Of a stretch of DNA of 64,000 nucleotides, positions 12,285 through 24,974 are shown in pieces (the stretch's first letter is position 1; each line of letters opens with the position of its first letter). Both the position numbers and the translations under genes were made by a program. The notes beneath the pieces were generated by a model. That model did no database searches and was not told the origin of the DNA. It was given only the letters and a program-made list of their open reading frames with translations. This stretch comes from Marsupella aquatica (taxonomy: Eukaryota > Plantae > Marchantiophyta): NCBI GenBank assembly GCA_973895155.1, contig OZ316894.1, positions 10,571,874-10,635,873 of the forward strand. Direction: 5' to 3'.

Positions 12285-12610
12285 GGGCGGGGCGAGGCGA
12301 GGCGCGGCGCGGCAGGGCAGGGCGCGGAAGGGAAGGGAAGGGAAGGGAAGGGAAGGGAAGGGAAGGGAAGGGAAGGGAAGGGCGGGGCGCGGAAGGGGAG
12401 GGCGCGGAAGGGAGGGGAGGAGAAGGAAAAGGGAAGGGAGGGGAGGAGAAGGAAAGGGGGAAGCGAAGGGGAGGGGATGGCGCGGCAGGGCGCGGAAGGG
12501 GGAAGCGAAGGGAGTAGGGAAGGGAGGGGAGGAGAAGGAAAGGGGGAAGCGAAGGGAGGGGAGGAGAAGGAGAGGGGGAAGCGAAGGGGATGGGAGGGCG
12601 CGGCGGGGCA
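12285..12610. repeat. Purine-rich (GGAAG)n / GA-rich low-complexity tract upstream of PAT1
   Basis: About 11 perfect GGAAG units at 12326-12380, then degenerate GGGA/GAAG repeats. Confidence 0.9.
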
Positions 12611-13106
12611 TGTCCACGTCGGCGTGTCATTACTAGTAGGAGGAGTAAAGCTCCTCTCGATCTGTCCGCTAATTGATTGATTCGGGGCTGGTCGTAGGCA
12701 TTTCAGTTCAAGCTCCTCCCTGCCTCTCTGCTCTGCTCTGCTGCCTCTCTGCCTGTGCCTCTGTTGCCTGAGGGATCGATTCGTGTGTCCGCTGAGTGCG
12801 CGATTTGGGGCACGTCGAAGGATCCATTTGAAGCTCATTCCTGCGGGACCGGCCCGCTGAACGAATATTTCCAATTCCATCCAATACCGAAGAAATTGCT
12901 CCCTCCATCGACTTTCCGGGTCGTGCTCATTTTTTTTGTCGAGTCGAGTGGAGTCGATTCGGATTCGTTTCGTGTCACGTGTTTGATCGTTCGTCCGTTG
13001 TCGCGCTCCCGTGCATTTTTCGATTTTGCTTAGAGGCCGGAGGGAACTAACTTGCGGGGGTTGTGAGACATAGATCGTTTTCGCGAGTGTGGATTTTTCT
13101 GTCACC

Positions 13107-15593
13107 ATGGAGACTCTGCAGGTCGACGAGCGGGAAGAAGGAGCACCGGACCTGCGACGATTAGATGGAAGTTCTGTTCATGGCCATAACAGTCTAACTG
13201 CCGACTTTCTTTCTTCTGATGGGCGTTTTGATGCGTCTCAGTACGCTTTTTTTGGAGGGGACCTCAGGCATGAGGTTGAGATAGGCGGTTTGGGTGAAGA
13301 AGAGGATTTCCCTGCACAAGAGGAGGAAGAGGAGGCTCTAGAGGAGGACGGGGAAGAAATTTCCTTAGGTGATAGAGACGGACAAGGGAGTTCGACGAAT
13401 TACGGACGTGAATCAGAGTTGGAGGAAGTAGTTTCAGATTTAGGCTTTCTAAACCTTCAGAGCAAACCATCAAGCTCAGAAGGAGATACAGCAGCGTCGT
13501 TAGGGAATTTAGAGATAGCACGAAACCTCGATGGTGGTGGCAAAGGGGCACGGGCAACCGATTTTAGTCAGGGTTTTGAACCTAGTCCAGGCAATTGGTT
13601 GGTTCTTCCTAAAAAGCAGGAAGCAGCAGTGGAGCAAGAAGGAGGGAGGAAGTGGTGGCGGAGTACTCAACAAAAATCCAACTCTGCTGCCGAACTTCTT
13701 GGTGGCCACTTGGGACCTTCTTCACTGCGGACTCTTCAACAAACGCAATGGCCCAGTCCTGGGCCGGGTATACCTCCTGCTGCCCTCTATCCACCGATAC
13801 AATACACTCAGCAGGCTTTAGCATACAGTGGTGTCACTTTTCCCACTCAGTACGGCTCTTCTGGTTCAATAATGTCACCTTTAGGCCCTCCAGCACAGTG
13901 GTTAGCTGCTCACTCTAATGCGCAACATGGATCTGTTTCTGGTTCTTTTCCACAGCAATTACCACCCTTGCATTCATCTCTTTTGCCACCTCAAGTTGTT
14001 CTTCAGTATCAGCTTCCTCACGTGCCAGGGCAACTCCATGGCGTTGTTCCCACTCCATATCTTCCTCAACCCAAACCACAACACAAGTATCATGCCACAC
14101 CTCTGCCTCCTCAAATGCTGCCGAGGATGGGGATGGGAGATACTGAAGTGAGTGGAGGAGAGTTTAGGGATTCTTTTTCTCCAAGAGGAGGCAGGCAGAC
14201 TTTGCGTCACCATCAGCATGGGCTTGCCGACGGTCAAATTCCATTTCGGAACACACAGCAGAGCAGTGGTTGGCAACCATTAAGATCAAAACATATGACT
14301 GTGGAGGAGATTGAGAACATTGTGAGGATTCAGTGGGCAGCCACTCACAGTGGTGATCCTTACGTGGACGACTATTATCATCAGGCACTACAGGCAAAAT
14401 TGAGTAGAGGATCGCCACATGGGAGACGCCACTTTGCACCCTCTCATCTGCGAGACTTGCCCTCTCACACACGGGCAACTGTAGAACCTCATGCATACCT
14501 TCAAGTGGACGCATTGGGCCGAGTTCCATTTTCTTCGATACGTAGGCCCCGGCCTTTGCTAGATGTGGATTCGGGACAAGTATCTGGGGGGTTGTTGGAT
14601 CGTGGACAAGGGGATGGTTTTGTAGATGGAGGAGTGCCACAATACAGGCCACTTGAGCAGGAGCCTATGTTGGCTGCAAGAATTGCAATTGAGGAGGGCC
14701 TGTGCCTGCTGCTAGATGTTGATGATATAGACAGACTATTGACAAGCTCCCACCCTCCTGATGGTGGAGCTCAACTAAGGCGACGGCGACAGCTTTTGGT
14801 AGAGGGAGTGGCTGCCTCACTGCAGCTAGTAGGTACAAATAGTGACGATGGTGTGATAGGAGGTTTTACAGGTCTCGCGACCAAAGACGACCTCCTATTT
14901 TTGCGCCTGGTATCTCTTCCAAAGGGACGGAAGCTGCTTACACGTTTTCTTCAATTGCTCATCCCAGGAAGTGACCTCACACGAATTGTGATAGTGGCTA
15001 TTTTCCGGCACCTGCGTTTCTTATTTGGTGGTGTGCAGTCAGATCCAAGTTTTTCAGCAATTACTGCTGGTTTGGCCAATGCAACTGCTGTGTCTGTTAT
15101 GAGTTTGGATTTATCAGGATTGAGCACATGCTTCGCTGCTGTGTTGTTGGCACCTGAGCAACCTCCTTTAAGACCAATGGGAAGTCCAGCAGGAGATGGG
15201 GCCACTGTTGTTTTGAGAGCTGTGTTGGAACGAGCCACTGGTCTTCTCAATGATCGGAATGCAGCTTATCCTTTGCAAAACAGGGCAGTATGGCAAGCTT
15301 CCTTCGACGCATTCTTTGCTTTGCTTACAAAGTATTGTACAAATAAGTATGACAGCATTTTTCATTCATTGATGATGGCTTCTTCCAGCAACCCAGCAGC
15401 AGTGAATGCCACTGCAGCTGCAGCCATGAGTAAGGAGATGCCAGTGGAATTATTGCGGGCCAGTCTACCTCATACCAATGATCACCAGCGCAATATACTT
15501 CTGGAATTCACGCAAAGGTCTATGTCTATGGGCTCTTCTTCTCCCAGTACCGTTACTGAGGGTCATGCTACAACAGCTTCTGCCAGAGGGTGA
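13107..15593 (+). CDS. PAT1: PAT1 homolog (topoisomerase II-associated protein, mRNA decapping activator); single coding exon
   Basis: 828 aa from ATG 13107 (accATGg). Plant PAT1 motifs: FDASQYAFFG, EVEIGGL, RSKHMTVEEIENIVRIQWAATHSGDPYVDDYYHQA, VDALGRVPFSSIRRPRPLL, PLEQEPMLAARIAIEEGLCLLLDVDDIDR, LPKGRKLL, IFRHLRFLFGG, EQPPLRPMGSPAGDGA, EMPVELLRASLPHT. Confidence 0.95.
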   Translation: METLQVDEREEGAPDLRRLDGSSVHGHNSLTADFLSSDGRFDASQYAFFGGDLRHEVEIGGLGEEEDFPAQEEEEEALEEDGEEISLGDRDGQGSSTNYGRESELEEVVSDLGFLNLQSKPSSSEGDTAASLGNLEIARNLDGGGKGARATDFSQGFEPSPGNWLVLPKKQEAAVEQEGGRKWWRSTQQKSNSAAELLGGHLGPSSLRTLQQTQWPSPGPGIPPAALYPPIQYTQQALAYSGVTFPTQYGSSGSIMSPLGPPAQWLAAHSNAQHGSVSGSFPQQLPPLHSSLLPPQVVLQYQLPHVPGQLHGVVPTPYLPQPKPQHKYHATPLPPQMLPRMGMGDTEVSGGEFRDSFSPRGGRQTLRHHQHGLADGQIPFRNTQQSSGWQPLRSKHMTVEEIENIVRIQWAATHSGDPYVDDYYHQALQAKLSRGSPHGRRHFAPSHLRDLPSHTRATVEPHAYLQVDALGRVPFSSIRRPRPLLDVDSGQVSGGLLDRGQGDGFVDGGVPQYRPLEQEPMLAARIAIEEGLCLLLDVDDIDRLLTSSHPPDGGAQLRRRRQLLVEGVAASLQLVGTNSDDGVIGGFTGLATKDDLLFLRLVSLPKGRKLLTRFLQLLIPGSDLTRIVIVAIFRHLRFLFGGVQSDPSFSAITAGLANATAVSVMSLDLSGLSTCFAAVLLAPEQPPLRPMGSPAGDGATVVLRAVLERATGLLNDRNAAYPLQNRAVWQASFDAFFALLTKYCTNKYDSIFHSLMMASSSNPAAVNATAAAAMSKEMPVELLRASLPHTNDHQRNILLEFTQRSMSMGSSSPSTVTEGHATTASARG

Positions 15594-18019
15594 ATTTAAG
15601 CTAGTTCAAGCTGTTACCATATTCATACTTGAACTTGGCTGTGGCTGCAAGGAACGCATTGGATCCCTCTGGGGTGAGCATAGGAGTGTAACTCATAACC
15701 TCCAAGGGGATTTGCGTCCCATCTATAGGCTTGGAAACTATCCCGTAAACTGTCTCAACTGTGCTCATCTTACTAGCTGGAGGGGACATAGTTGGCTCAA
15801 TCTCCTCATTAAGATGCATATCTTGAGGTCTTCGGTGTTGATTTGGACGAGGAGCTCTGCATGGTCAAATTTTGTCAGTGTAACATAAAATCACAATGGG
15901 GCTGCTGTTTTTTTTGGCAAGTTCCGAAAATCCATTTACCATCCTCCCTAGAATTTTGGGTAGGTCATCTCCAGTCCAGATCTTTAGTGTGATCCTTGTT
16001 TTCAAGATAACTTTGGGGTGAATGAGATCATTGGTACTTTTGTGAACCCCTTTATTTTCAGGCTATGTTGCCGAGTCGACCCTTAGTTTTACTGACAATG
16101 TTTGGTAAGAGGAGTCCCTGATATATTGGGATTCAACTGATCTTAGTTGAACACTAGATAGTTTACTTGACAAGCTGGAGCTCAAAATCTTTGTCACACA
16201 GCATCAGGTTACTACTCAAGGATGTCTCAGCCAAAGTTTAGACGATTAGTGAGTTATTGACACTCGTTTCGTGTCCCGAAAGGGTGAAAGAAGGGTATCC
16301 TTTTACAGGCTCTTTCTGACATAGACATGGATGAACCAGAGGATGTGTTACCAACTGTGTTAATAAGATTTTGTCTGTCGATCCTCTAGTATTGCAACAA
16401 CATTGTTTTCATTTCCAAGACTTGCATCGGGTGGACAAGGTCTAGGAATTGTGCATCAAATCTGCATGATAAAACTGTACAGGGCCACGACTGTCATAGC
16501 TGAACATCAGCTACCTAGTACAGAGAGGCTTTCATGCGGATGCTCAAACTGAAGGCGGAAGATCGGAACCGTTGAATGGGAGCAAGAGCAGAGTTAGCGT
16601 TGGCATGGGATGCATCGTCATGGAGTCAACCCGCAACGACATCGAACTGTGGCATGTCCCTCACTATCATAGTAAAGGAGGTGTACGCAATGGATCTGAA
16701 GTGAGTTGTCATGAAGCACGCCAGGCTTTGGTGAAGCCACGAGAACAGGTACCATTAGATCTAGATTTCCCTTACGCCAAATACATTAAGAGAACTTTTT
16801 AGTATTTTTTGTGAATTGCGAGTCTAGACGTGATACGTGTATATTACCCTGGCTTATCAGGCATTCTTGGCATCATCATTTTTGTTGTCACGTCATCACG
16901 ATGTTTGCTCGCTTTTCTGTTGAAAGGCATTCATGTTGTTGCATTACATACGACAGTATTTTTTGGATAGATGTCAAGAAACTTGTCGTTACAGACGTGG
17001 ACGAGGCTCAGGTGATCAACTCCGTCTCTACATTACAAAGAATTCTCCTTAGGACCTTACTCCTGTCGTAGCAGTTTTACACTGAAACCAAACTAACCAT
17101 CTTCTCCGAGGTAGATCATCCACTGGAATGTATAATTGATCACCCTGTCCAACTCACCGTGCCCTTCATAAAACCCGTTTTGCGTAAAAAAGCTAACGAG
17201 AGCCAACAAGTTATACCACTGCACGTCGTCCTTGATCTCGCTGATACACAATTGAGTCTCTTCTGAACTTTCAAATGCGATCTTGATAATATTGAATGGC
17301 GAAGGCAGACTTGTTATCATTATCGTATCTCTGTCTACAAGTCCATCATTACTCCAGAACCGGAACAACCTGTCGTCCAGGTAGTCGTCAGAGGCATGGA
17401 GTCATCCCATAGCTTTGAAGGAGGCTTCCTATTAGGGGCTCTACCTCTCGCAGTTGGATAGCATGGTGATTTTGAACAATGATCGCTGCACATCCAGTAT
17501 ATTACCTGACACTGGTTCAGTAATTACCCTACTATCTGGCCTTGTTCCAGAGAAAACAGATTTTGTTGTACAAAAGGCGCTGGTCACGACAGTGAAATGC
17601 ATAGCAAATTCTCGACTATCTGCCTGTAGCAAAGGTTATCGCTAGATCTGGAAAATGTCTATCCGTGATGGATCAGGAGTTAAGCAACACTTACACATTG
17701 ATTGTTTACTTGAACTACAGTCGGAGCAAAACTCTATCAATTGTACAACCACGAGACAGGGCATCAAGGACATGCCAGGGGGATTTTCAATCGCCTATCT
17801 TAAATTCTAAGTCAGCCTGTCACTCTAGTTAACAATGATGCTCTTATTCTGCCATATTCAGAAACTGATTGCATATAGGGCAGGGGTCAAATAACGAATG
17901 GCTAGAAGCATGTGCATGCCAGGCGCAGGGCTGCATTGTTCCTCGTGGCAAGAAGTCTGGAGTTACAGACAGGAAGTGTGCAGACTAAGATGGATATCAA
18001 TAGGTGGCCCAACGTGAGA

Positions 18020-18240
18020 TGTACAGTAGGACTTATTTGGCAGGACTGGAAACCGAAATTTGATGTGAGGGAAAACCTTTGATGTAAAGGAAAATTTTTG
18101 GCAGGACACGGGAGTGTATTTGATCTTATGGAAAGCATCTGGCAGGAGTCGGAAGTGTATTGGATCTTAGGAAAAACATTTGTAAGGACTCGAAGAGGTA
18201 TTTGATCTTAGGGAAAACATTCGATGGCTAGGGAAAACAG
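18020..18240. repeat. Degenerate minisatellite, about 40-bp unit
   Basis: Recurrent tttggcaggactc ggaagtgtatttgatcttagggaaaac. Confidence 0.65.
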
Positions 18241-18984
18241 CTCGAGATGGAGGTCTGCATATTGGTTTTGGCCGTACCTGACTGATATCCCAAAACGGAG
18301 GTCTGGATATTGGTTTTGGTGCCACATGAAATGTTTTCCCGAAATGAAGGTCTAGTTAATGGTTTTGGTGGTACCTGTAATGCCTGGGTTCTGGGGGACC
18401 AGGCCTGTAGCAGGCCACCAGTGCGGACGCTCTGAGTAGTTGATGGGAACACCCGTCAACATTTGACTAAATCGGACACCCTGAAGAAATATCACCATGG
18501 ACCTACGTAGCGGGTGCAGGCCTCATTGACGTCGTTCAAATGAATCAAGCGAAAATTGGGCTGTCATAAAGCTTGTTCAATCCTCTTTCCAACAAGCTAT
18601 GGTGAAGTCAAGTTTTCATAACAGCCAGTGACCCACGCAGCTTGCAGGCTCATACCACTTTCTAAACCCATCGGAATCAAGGCGAATTTTGATGTCAGAA
18701 AGCATGTCCAAACCTAGTTCCAACAGCTATGGCAGGTCAATTTTTTAAAATTCGACGCGAAACTTGGGTTGTAAGAAATCTTGTTTAATCCTGTTTCCAA
18801 CAAGCCACGGTGGGTCTTCTGTAGTGGACTATTATTCATGGAGAAATCCCACTCGAAAAGCGACTACAGGAAACTGGACCTGACCAAGTTCTGCGAGCTT
18901 CTAAATCCAGTCCATGAGAACTGTCCCTTCCCATGACACGTGATCCCATTGGCACTACGTCAGTCCATCAGTTCTAAGATAGGC

Positions 18985-19260
18985 ACACCCTAATAAACAA
19001 ATTTCACTCCTACACAGTAATAAAGAAAGTGGCCTCAATAACATTAAGCTTAAGAACTCTAAGGTAGACACCCTAATAAACAGATTTCACTCCTAAACAT
19101 TAATAAAGAAAGTGGCCACACCCTAATAAACAGATTTCACTCCTAGACACTAATAAAGAAAGTGGCGTCAGTAACGTTAAGCCTAAGAACTCTAAGGGAG
19201 ATACCCTAATAAACAGATTTTACTCCTAAACACTAATTAAGAAAGTGGCTTCAATAACGT
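18985..19260. repeat. Minisatellite, 4 copies of a 50-bp core within 50-82-bp units
   Basis: caccctaataaacagatttcactcctaaacactaataaagaaagtggc at about 18986, 19069, 19119, 19202. Confidence 0.88.
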
Positions 19261-21444
19261 TTTAGTATGAACCATCATCTCCATCAGATTCAATCCAGAA
19301 CACTGAAAATTTCAAGGCATCCATATTGATAATTGTCTTCGAGATGGATGCGGCTCTATTTCCCGTGTCTCCAACTGAATGGGCAAATTTTTCGTTTAGC
19401 GGTCGTGGGCTGCTAAACCGCTGGAGATGCTTTAGTGCACTGAACCTTCGGATAGATCGACAGGAATTGCAGGCAAAGGCGGAATGCTGGAAGGCAAAGC
19501 AACAAGGCAGGAGGTCGCAAGCACTACCCTTTCCATCCATTCGAACCGTCGCCACATCTACGAGCCTTTCGCAAAAGAGTGCAAACTATTCACCATCTCA
19601 GGAAAGAACTCAAGGGACTCATCAACAGTCCAGTGACACAACTTTCATCCTCAAGCAACCAGAGTCAAAGTTTATAAATGTGGACGCACTTGACAGTATC
19701 AGCAGTATAACATTCTTGGCGGTAGATCTTGGAGGCCATCAATACAATGTTTACATCCGCACATAACTACCACTGGTACGGGGAGCCTAATAATATTGCT
19801 TCAGTCTGTGTTGGTGAATACCTCTACGACATGTCTACATATTCCGAGCATGACGTCCATGCCAAGGTAACGAATTATTTACAGCGAAGACCCTTACACA
19901 AGTCACCGGCAGACTTTCTTGATAATATTTGGTATCAATGGTGTACTGCCCCCAATACTTGCTTCATACGCCTCAAGTTGTGAAGTAACTTGGCTTGTCA
20001 TAATTGCCCCACAAATCTTCAATCATGTAGGCAGAAGGCGCACCCATCACCGTGGCGGGAACAGCACACTTGGCCCATATGGGCTCTAGGGGAGGGAAGC
20101 GCCTCACTTCCAGCCTGCAAATTCAATCAAATCATTAGAACCCCACGAGAGTATCAATACAAACCACCACCTGACAGACATCAACTGACCTTTGGATCAT
20201 TCACAGGAAAACGTGTCATTCCGTCACAACACACAGTAGACCTTATCGAGTCCAGAAAGCCTCTCAACGAACAAATAACTGGTTGACGAAACTTCACAAA
20301 TGAGATGTGACCACGAAATACTAAATGAAAATATGTACCTGCTAAAGGGTGTCACTCTGATTTGGTTAACCCATCTTGGCACACACTGATTATGTGAAAA
20401 TTTCTAAGTGTGCAGATTGGAGCACAAACTGAACGGGTCTGGAAGCATATTCAACCCAATAGTACGGAAAAACACTTGTCCCAACAGGCAAATCATAACC
20501 CACTGATTGGAAACATGGCACCTGATTGGAATGCAGCCACAAGACGAACTACATCTTTGCATTACACTGCAGAAGAAGAATGAGCGAAACGATATCTCCA
20601 AACAAGACATAAGGCAGAAAATGAAACAAAGTACTCATTTTGAATTGGATACTTGTACTGTCGTTACAAAATTACCAACACAGCCAGAAACTTACAATAT
20701 ACAATGCTTGACTAGGTGAAACTTACAAACCGAGTAAAAGGAGGAACATTCGGCGTTTTAGTTCAGACAAACAGCGAAACCACAAACAGTAACGTAACAC
20801 AATTGACACGCTGCAACGCTTGAGGCAAGGCTGATTCCCAGGTCTATAGGCTTTTTCAATAAAACCCCTATCACCCATAAGATACACAACTTGGGGTTCT
20901 CAGAGAATACACTTCTTGACTTCATCTTCTGCCGTGTTGCATATCTCAGGACCACCACGTTGACACTGACTACAGACACCATGCCGCTACAAGTCTCCAA
21001 GAACACCAAGTGATTAAGGAAGTACTAACAATCTAACCTGCATCCTTGTCGTATCTAAACTTTCTTCATGCAGATATGAATCTAAGGCAATGATTACTCA
21101 AAAGGCATAAACCCAAGACTCTGAGATGCACAATGCATGTGATCCAAGGGCCAGCACAGCAGTCAGAGGGATTCTAAGCATTAAAGCCAGCTTAGTGTGC
21201 TCAAAATAGAGAGCACCTGCTTCGCACCTTCAAATCTCCATGTTGATGAAGATCTTATCCATCTCACCATGTTCTGCTTTTCTTGGAATTCAGCCGTCAC
21301 TTTTAACTCTAGAATCATTCAAATGATGATGCATTGCACGTTGGCTTCCTCTGCACTGCATGCAGCTGCCCGAACTGTGTCATTAAGGAAGGGTGGCAAG
21401 AACGATGTCCTTGCAGTTAACATGCACAGAGAAAGACAACTCCC

Positions 21445-24400
21445 TTAGTAGGGTTTGCCTTGCTTTGTGTCCCTTTTCAGCTGAACTTTTAACCTTTTAC
21501 CACTGAGCTGGAAACCATTCATTACATTGATCGCAGCTTGCGCAGCTTCAGGAGAGTCATAGCTCACAAAGCCTGAACAAAAAATTGAAAACAAGTAAGA
21601 AAGATATCTACCCGGCTTTAAACTATGTTCAAAAGACATCGAACTAAAAGTGAACAAGCCCGATGGGGAGGAACGTGCAATGGTATGAATGCTGTGGACG
21701 ATACTTACCGAAACACTTGCTCGCTCCAGTAGCCCTGTCCACAAAAACTTTTGCACTTATTACATTACCAAACGACGAAAACGTGGTTGAAAGCTCTTGA
21801 TCACCAAACTCCAACGGAATATGATATATAAAAAGATTAGCACCAGGTGGACCTGCAGACCAACACAAAACCGGAACTCACGTCAAATCCGATGATGGCA
21901 TAAGACGATGAGAAGAACAGAAACCAAGACATGATGAAACTTGGAAAACTCTTTCTTGGGCGCGTAAAAGAGTTGTAACAACCTTCCGTTTGTGGGGTGA
22001 CACCTGTAACATTCGCAGTTGATTGTGGTGCTGGAGTTGGGCTCATTCCTAATATTGGCAAACCAGTGGAAGCAACTCCTTGAGGTAAACCTTGATACAA
22101 AACCGTGCCAGGATATGCCATTGGATATTGAACTGCAGAGAAGTTCTGATAGACAGCATCCATGTATCCAGAGAACTGGATGGGTGCATAGTTCGGGTTT
22201 CCCATCTGAGTCATAAGGTCTGGTGTTTGCTGTTCTGGGACGCTCATGGGAACATTGATGGGAGTCAAGAGGCCACCCGCCATTGCTTGCTGGGGTTGTA
22301 ACGCAGGTGTAGGATAGGGCATAATGCCATATGCGTTGGTTGGCTGCAAAATATACGAAAACTGGATCAACAACTGAAGAAAGGAAGGAGCCCTTTAAGT
22401 AACCAAGTGCATCCTTAACCACGACCCAGGAAGCAAAGACAATAACCACCATCTTACTAGATGTTACAGAACTCGGCTTGGACTATCATCCTGAACATCA
22501 GACAAGTGAGTATATCTAAAATATCAGCCACCACTTGTCCAACCTGGTATGTATACCCATTGATAGGTTGGGGTGCTGGTGCATATCCAATAGGCATAGC
22601 TCCAAATAAAGAAGGCTGCTGCTGCCCTACGAGCCTATTTGTCACAGACGCTTGTGCCTTTTGTGCCTTGCGGGCCTGTCTTTCCTTCTCTGTATCTGCC
22701 CACTTCACCACTAAAGCTGAACTGGAACCCTGTCAAAATGTGGCATGTGTTTTCAGAATCGATTTGCAAATCTCGGTGGATATCCAGGAATTGCAGTTCG
22801 GAAGACAATCCCTACAATCAAGAACAGTAAATCTATGCGTGATCTAGAACCTATCGAAGCACAATAAGCAACACAGAACTTCGCAGGGGTGCTCCACAAC
22901 TCATTATGAACCACCTTTGACAATTGCCTGAAAGAATGGTTTTGGCATTAGGACTTAGAAACCACACATACCTCCATCTTATGATTTCCATTGAGTGCCT
23001 CGATCGCAGCTACAGCCTGCTCCTTCGACTCGTACTTCAGAAAAGCACACCCTGCAAGCGTTCAGGATGGCTTATGAGCTTATTGCAACCAAATTGTACA
23101 CAAAGCTTTCTCCCATACTATATTGAAGCCCCTTAAAGATGATGTGTACCTATCAAACATGCCTCAGTCCAAGTGGATAAAAGGGGAGATAAACTCCATG
23201 TGGCACAAATGCTCAAGGGCAAGTGGTAGAGGCGGAGACGTGGGAAGCAGATAGAAACAAGGTTTAAATGGCTCGCTCATGAAGAGACTTCATCTTCAAG
23301 AAGTTTGACCGGGCCTGGAAATTTGAGTGATTGCTGTGGACGAAGGGAGTTAAACTCAATCTGGAAATTTGCTTGGGTTGAAACAATCACAAACGAGATC
23401 ACGATATAGTCTTAATTATAGAACACATGAGCAGCGGGTGCACAGACGGCTATCACCTTTGCTGGTTGGCTGTGAGCCTTTGATGACAGAAAGTTCTTTA
23501 ATTCTTCCAAACTTTGAAAAGACATTCGTCACGTCTGCTTCAGTTACTGCGTTCGGTAACATTCCTACGAACAACTTGTGTTCTGCATGAAAGCAATGTA
23601 ACCAAGTTTAAATATCAATGAATCTGCAGAATGGAATTAATAACTACCAGGCTAAATTGCGTAGAAACTTGACAGTCAAGTTGTAGTAGAAATTTAAAAA
23701 CTCGCAGGCAACCATGCAAGGTTATCAGAAATTGATTGAGTTGCACGCATTCTGGGTATTGTAGATGCAGGTTGGTTGGTGACACACAATCGCAGACATT
23801 CATGACAGGGTTTAACAATGACGAGGAGCCAAGATTCGAATAAAAAATCAATCACCTAATCTCTCCAACTCCCCATCAGCATACTTCACTTGCAGCGGAC
23901 TGGCAACCTACAATATACCCCAGTGAACAGTTTTAGAAGTGAGATGCTCATAAATATGACAATGAACCTTCTCAAAGCAAAATGGTGCTCGACTCTTTGT
24001 CCACGGACTCATAGACTTAACTCTTCCTAGAAGAGACAAACCATCAGCTTTTTAGTGTATCTGAATGTATAAGCACAGTTTCGATAGACCTGCAGCGGGA
24101 ATATGAAACTGAGAGTTGCCAAAATTACAGAACTAGCGGAAGAACAGAAAGGGGAAAGCATACAGAGCCGGAAGGAACATACCGGAGGTAAAGTTCGCTT
24201 GTCATGAAATATGGAGATGGCTGTGTCTGCTTCTTCCCTTGTGGTAAATGTTATAAAGCAGCAACCTGCGCAGAAATAATTGAAGAAGAGATTAGCCCAT
24301 ATTGAGGTGAGATTCTGGCGACTCGGAAGGGCGCTAAGCGTGGAAGGTTGGGAACCCGGCGGATAGCACAAACCATAGATCCCGGGTCTTCTTGCACCCT

Positions 24401-24974
24401 AGACCTCCAGAGAATGACAAATACCCCAAGGAGACAAACTGCAAAAACCCTATTCACCATGTTCTCTACCAAAGCTGGCAAGGTACACCTACTAAGTGGA
24501 TAGAATGCGTCTCGTGGCATGGACATTGCCACGAGACCAAGGGTAAGTCTAGCGTTTCTTCCTCGGCATTCAGTGTCTACAATGACCATGCCACGAAGCA
24601 CCGTGGACGCAAGCATCGCTTTCAAAAAGCCCGCGTCCCACATTTCTTCCCAAGAATGGCAAGGGGCGAAAATCCAGTCACGGCGTGCGTTACCTGTCTG
24701 CCTAACCATAAACAATGATGCCTACGGCATCGGCACAAAGGGGACCAGAGCAAGTTCGAGAGAGGGTGAGACTGACTGACTGAGTTCGAGACTACAATTA
24801 ATATTCACCTCTTGATTGCTTGGTGAGTTTGTCCTTGATAATGTTGATTTCTCGCACGCTTCCCGCCTCTCCGAAAATGGCCGCAATTTGCTGCTCGCTG
24901 AGTTGCTTTGGAACTTGGCCAACGAAAAGCTTCACCACGTCTCCCGCAGCGTCACGTACCGTGGCAGCTGCCAT
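21445..24974 (-). CDS. BRN1: CELF/Bruno-like RNA-binding protein (3 RRMs; BRN1/BRN2-like)
   Basis: Nine GT-AG exons in consistent phase: 24974-24809 ([23 protein letters not shown]), 24265-24183 (GCCFITF), 23907-23856 ([14 protein letters not shown]), 23582-23457 ([10 protein letters not shown]), 23051-22972 (GCAFLKYE), 22729-22544 ([15 protein letters not shown]), 22343-21983, 21852-21709 ([18 protein letters not shown]), 21572-21445 ([16 protein letters not shown]). Confidence 0.95.

Larger units (their letters stand above)
16350..19850 (+). mobile_element. Degenerate MULE/SWIM-type transposase remnants interrupted by minisatellites
   Basis: Broken plus-strand fragments in the expected order: GCIVMEST/TSNCGMSLTIIVKE (about 16607-16685, MULE 'DxTHxTN' like), KKLVVTDVDEAQVINSV (about 16975-17030, 'TDxDxA' second Asp), and GHQYNVYI...YCFSLCW*IPLRHV (about 19735-19835, SWIM-like). 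Confidence 0.35.

Noticed and set aside
12150-13108. Arg/Gly/Pro-rich ORFs upstream of PAT1
   Set aside because: Translations of the GGAAG low-complexity tract
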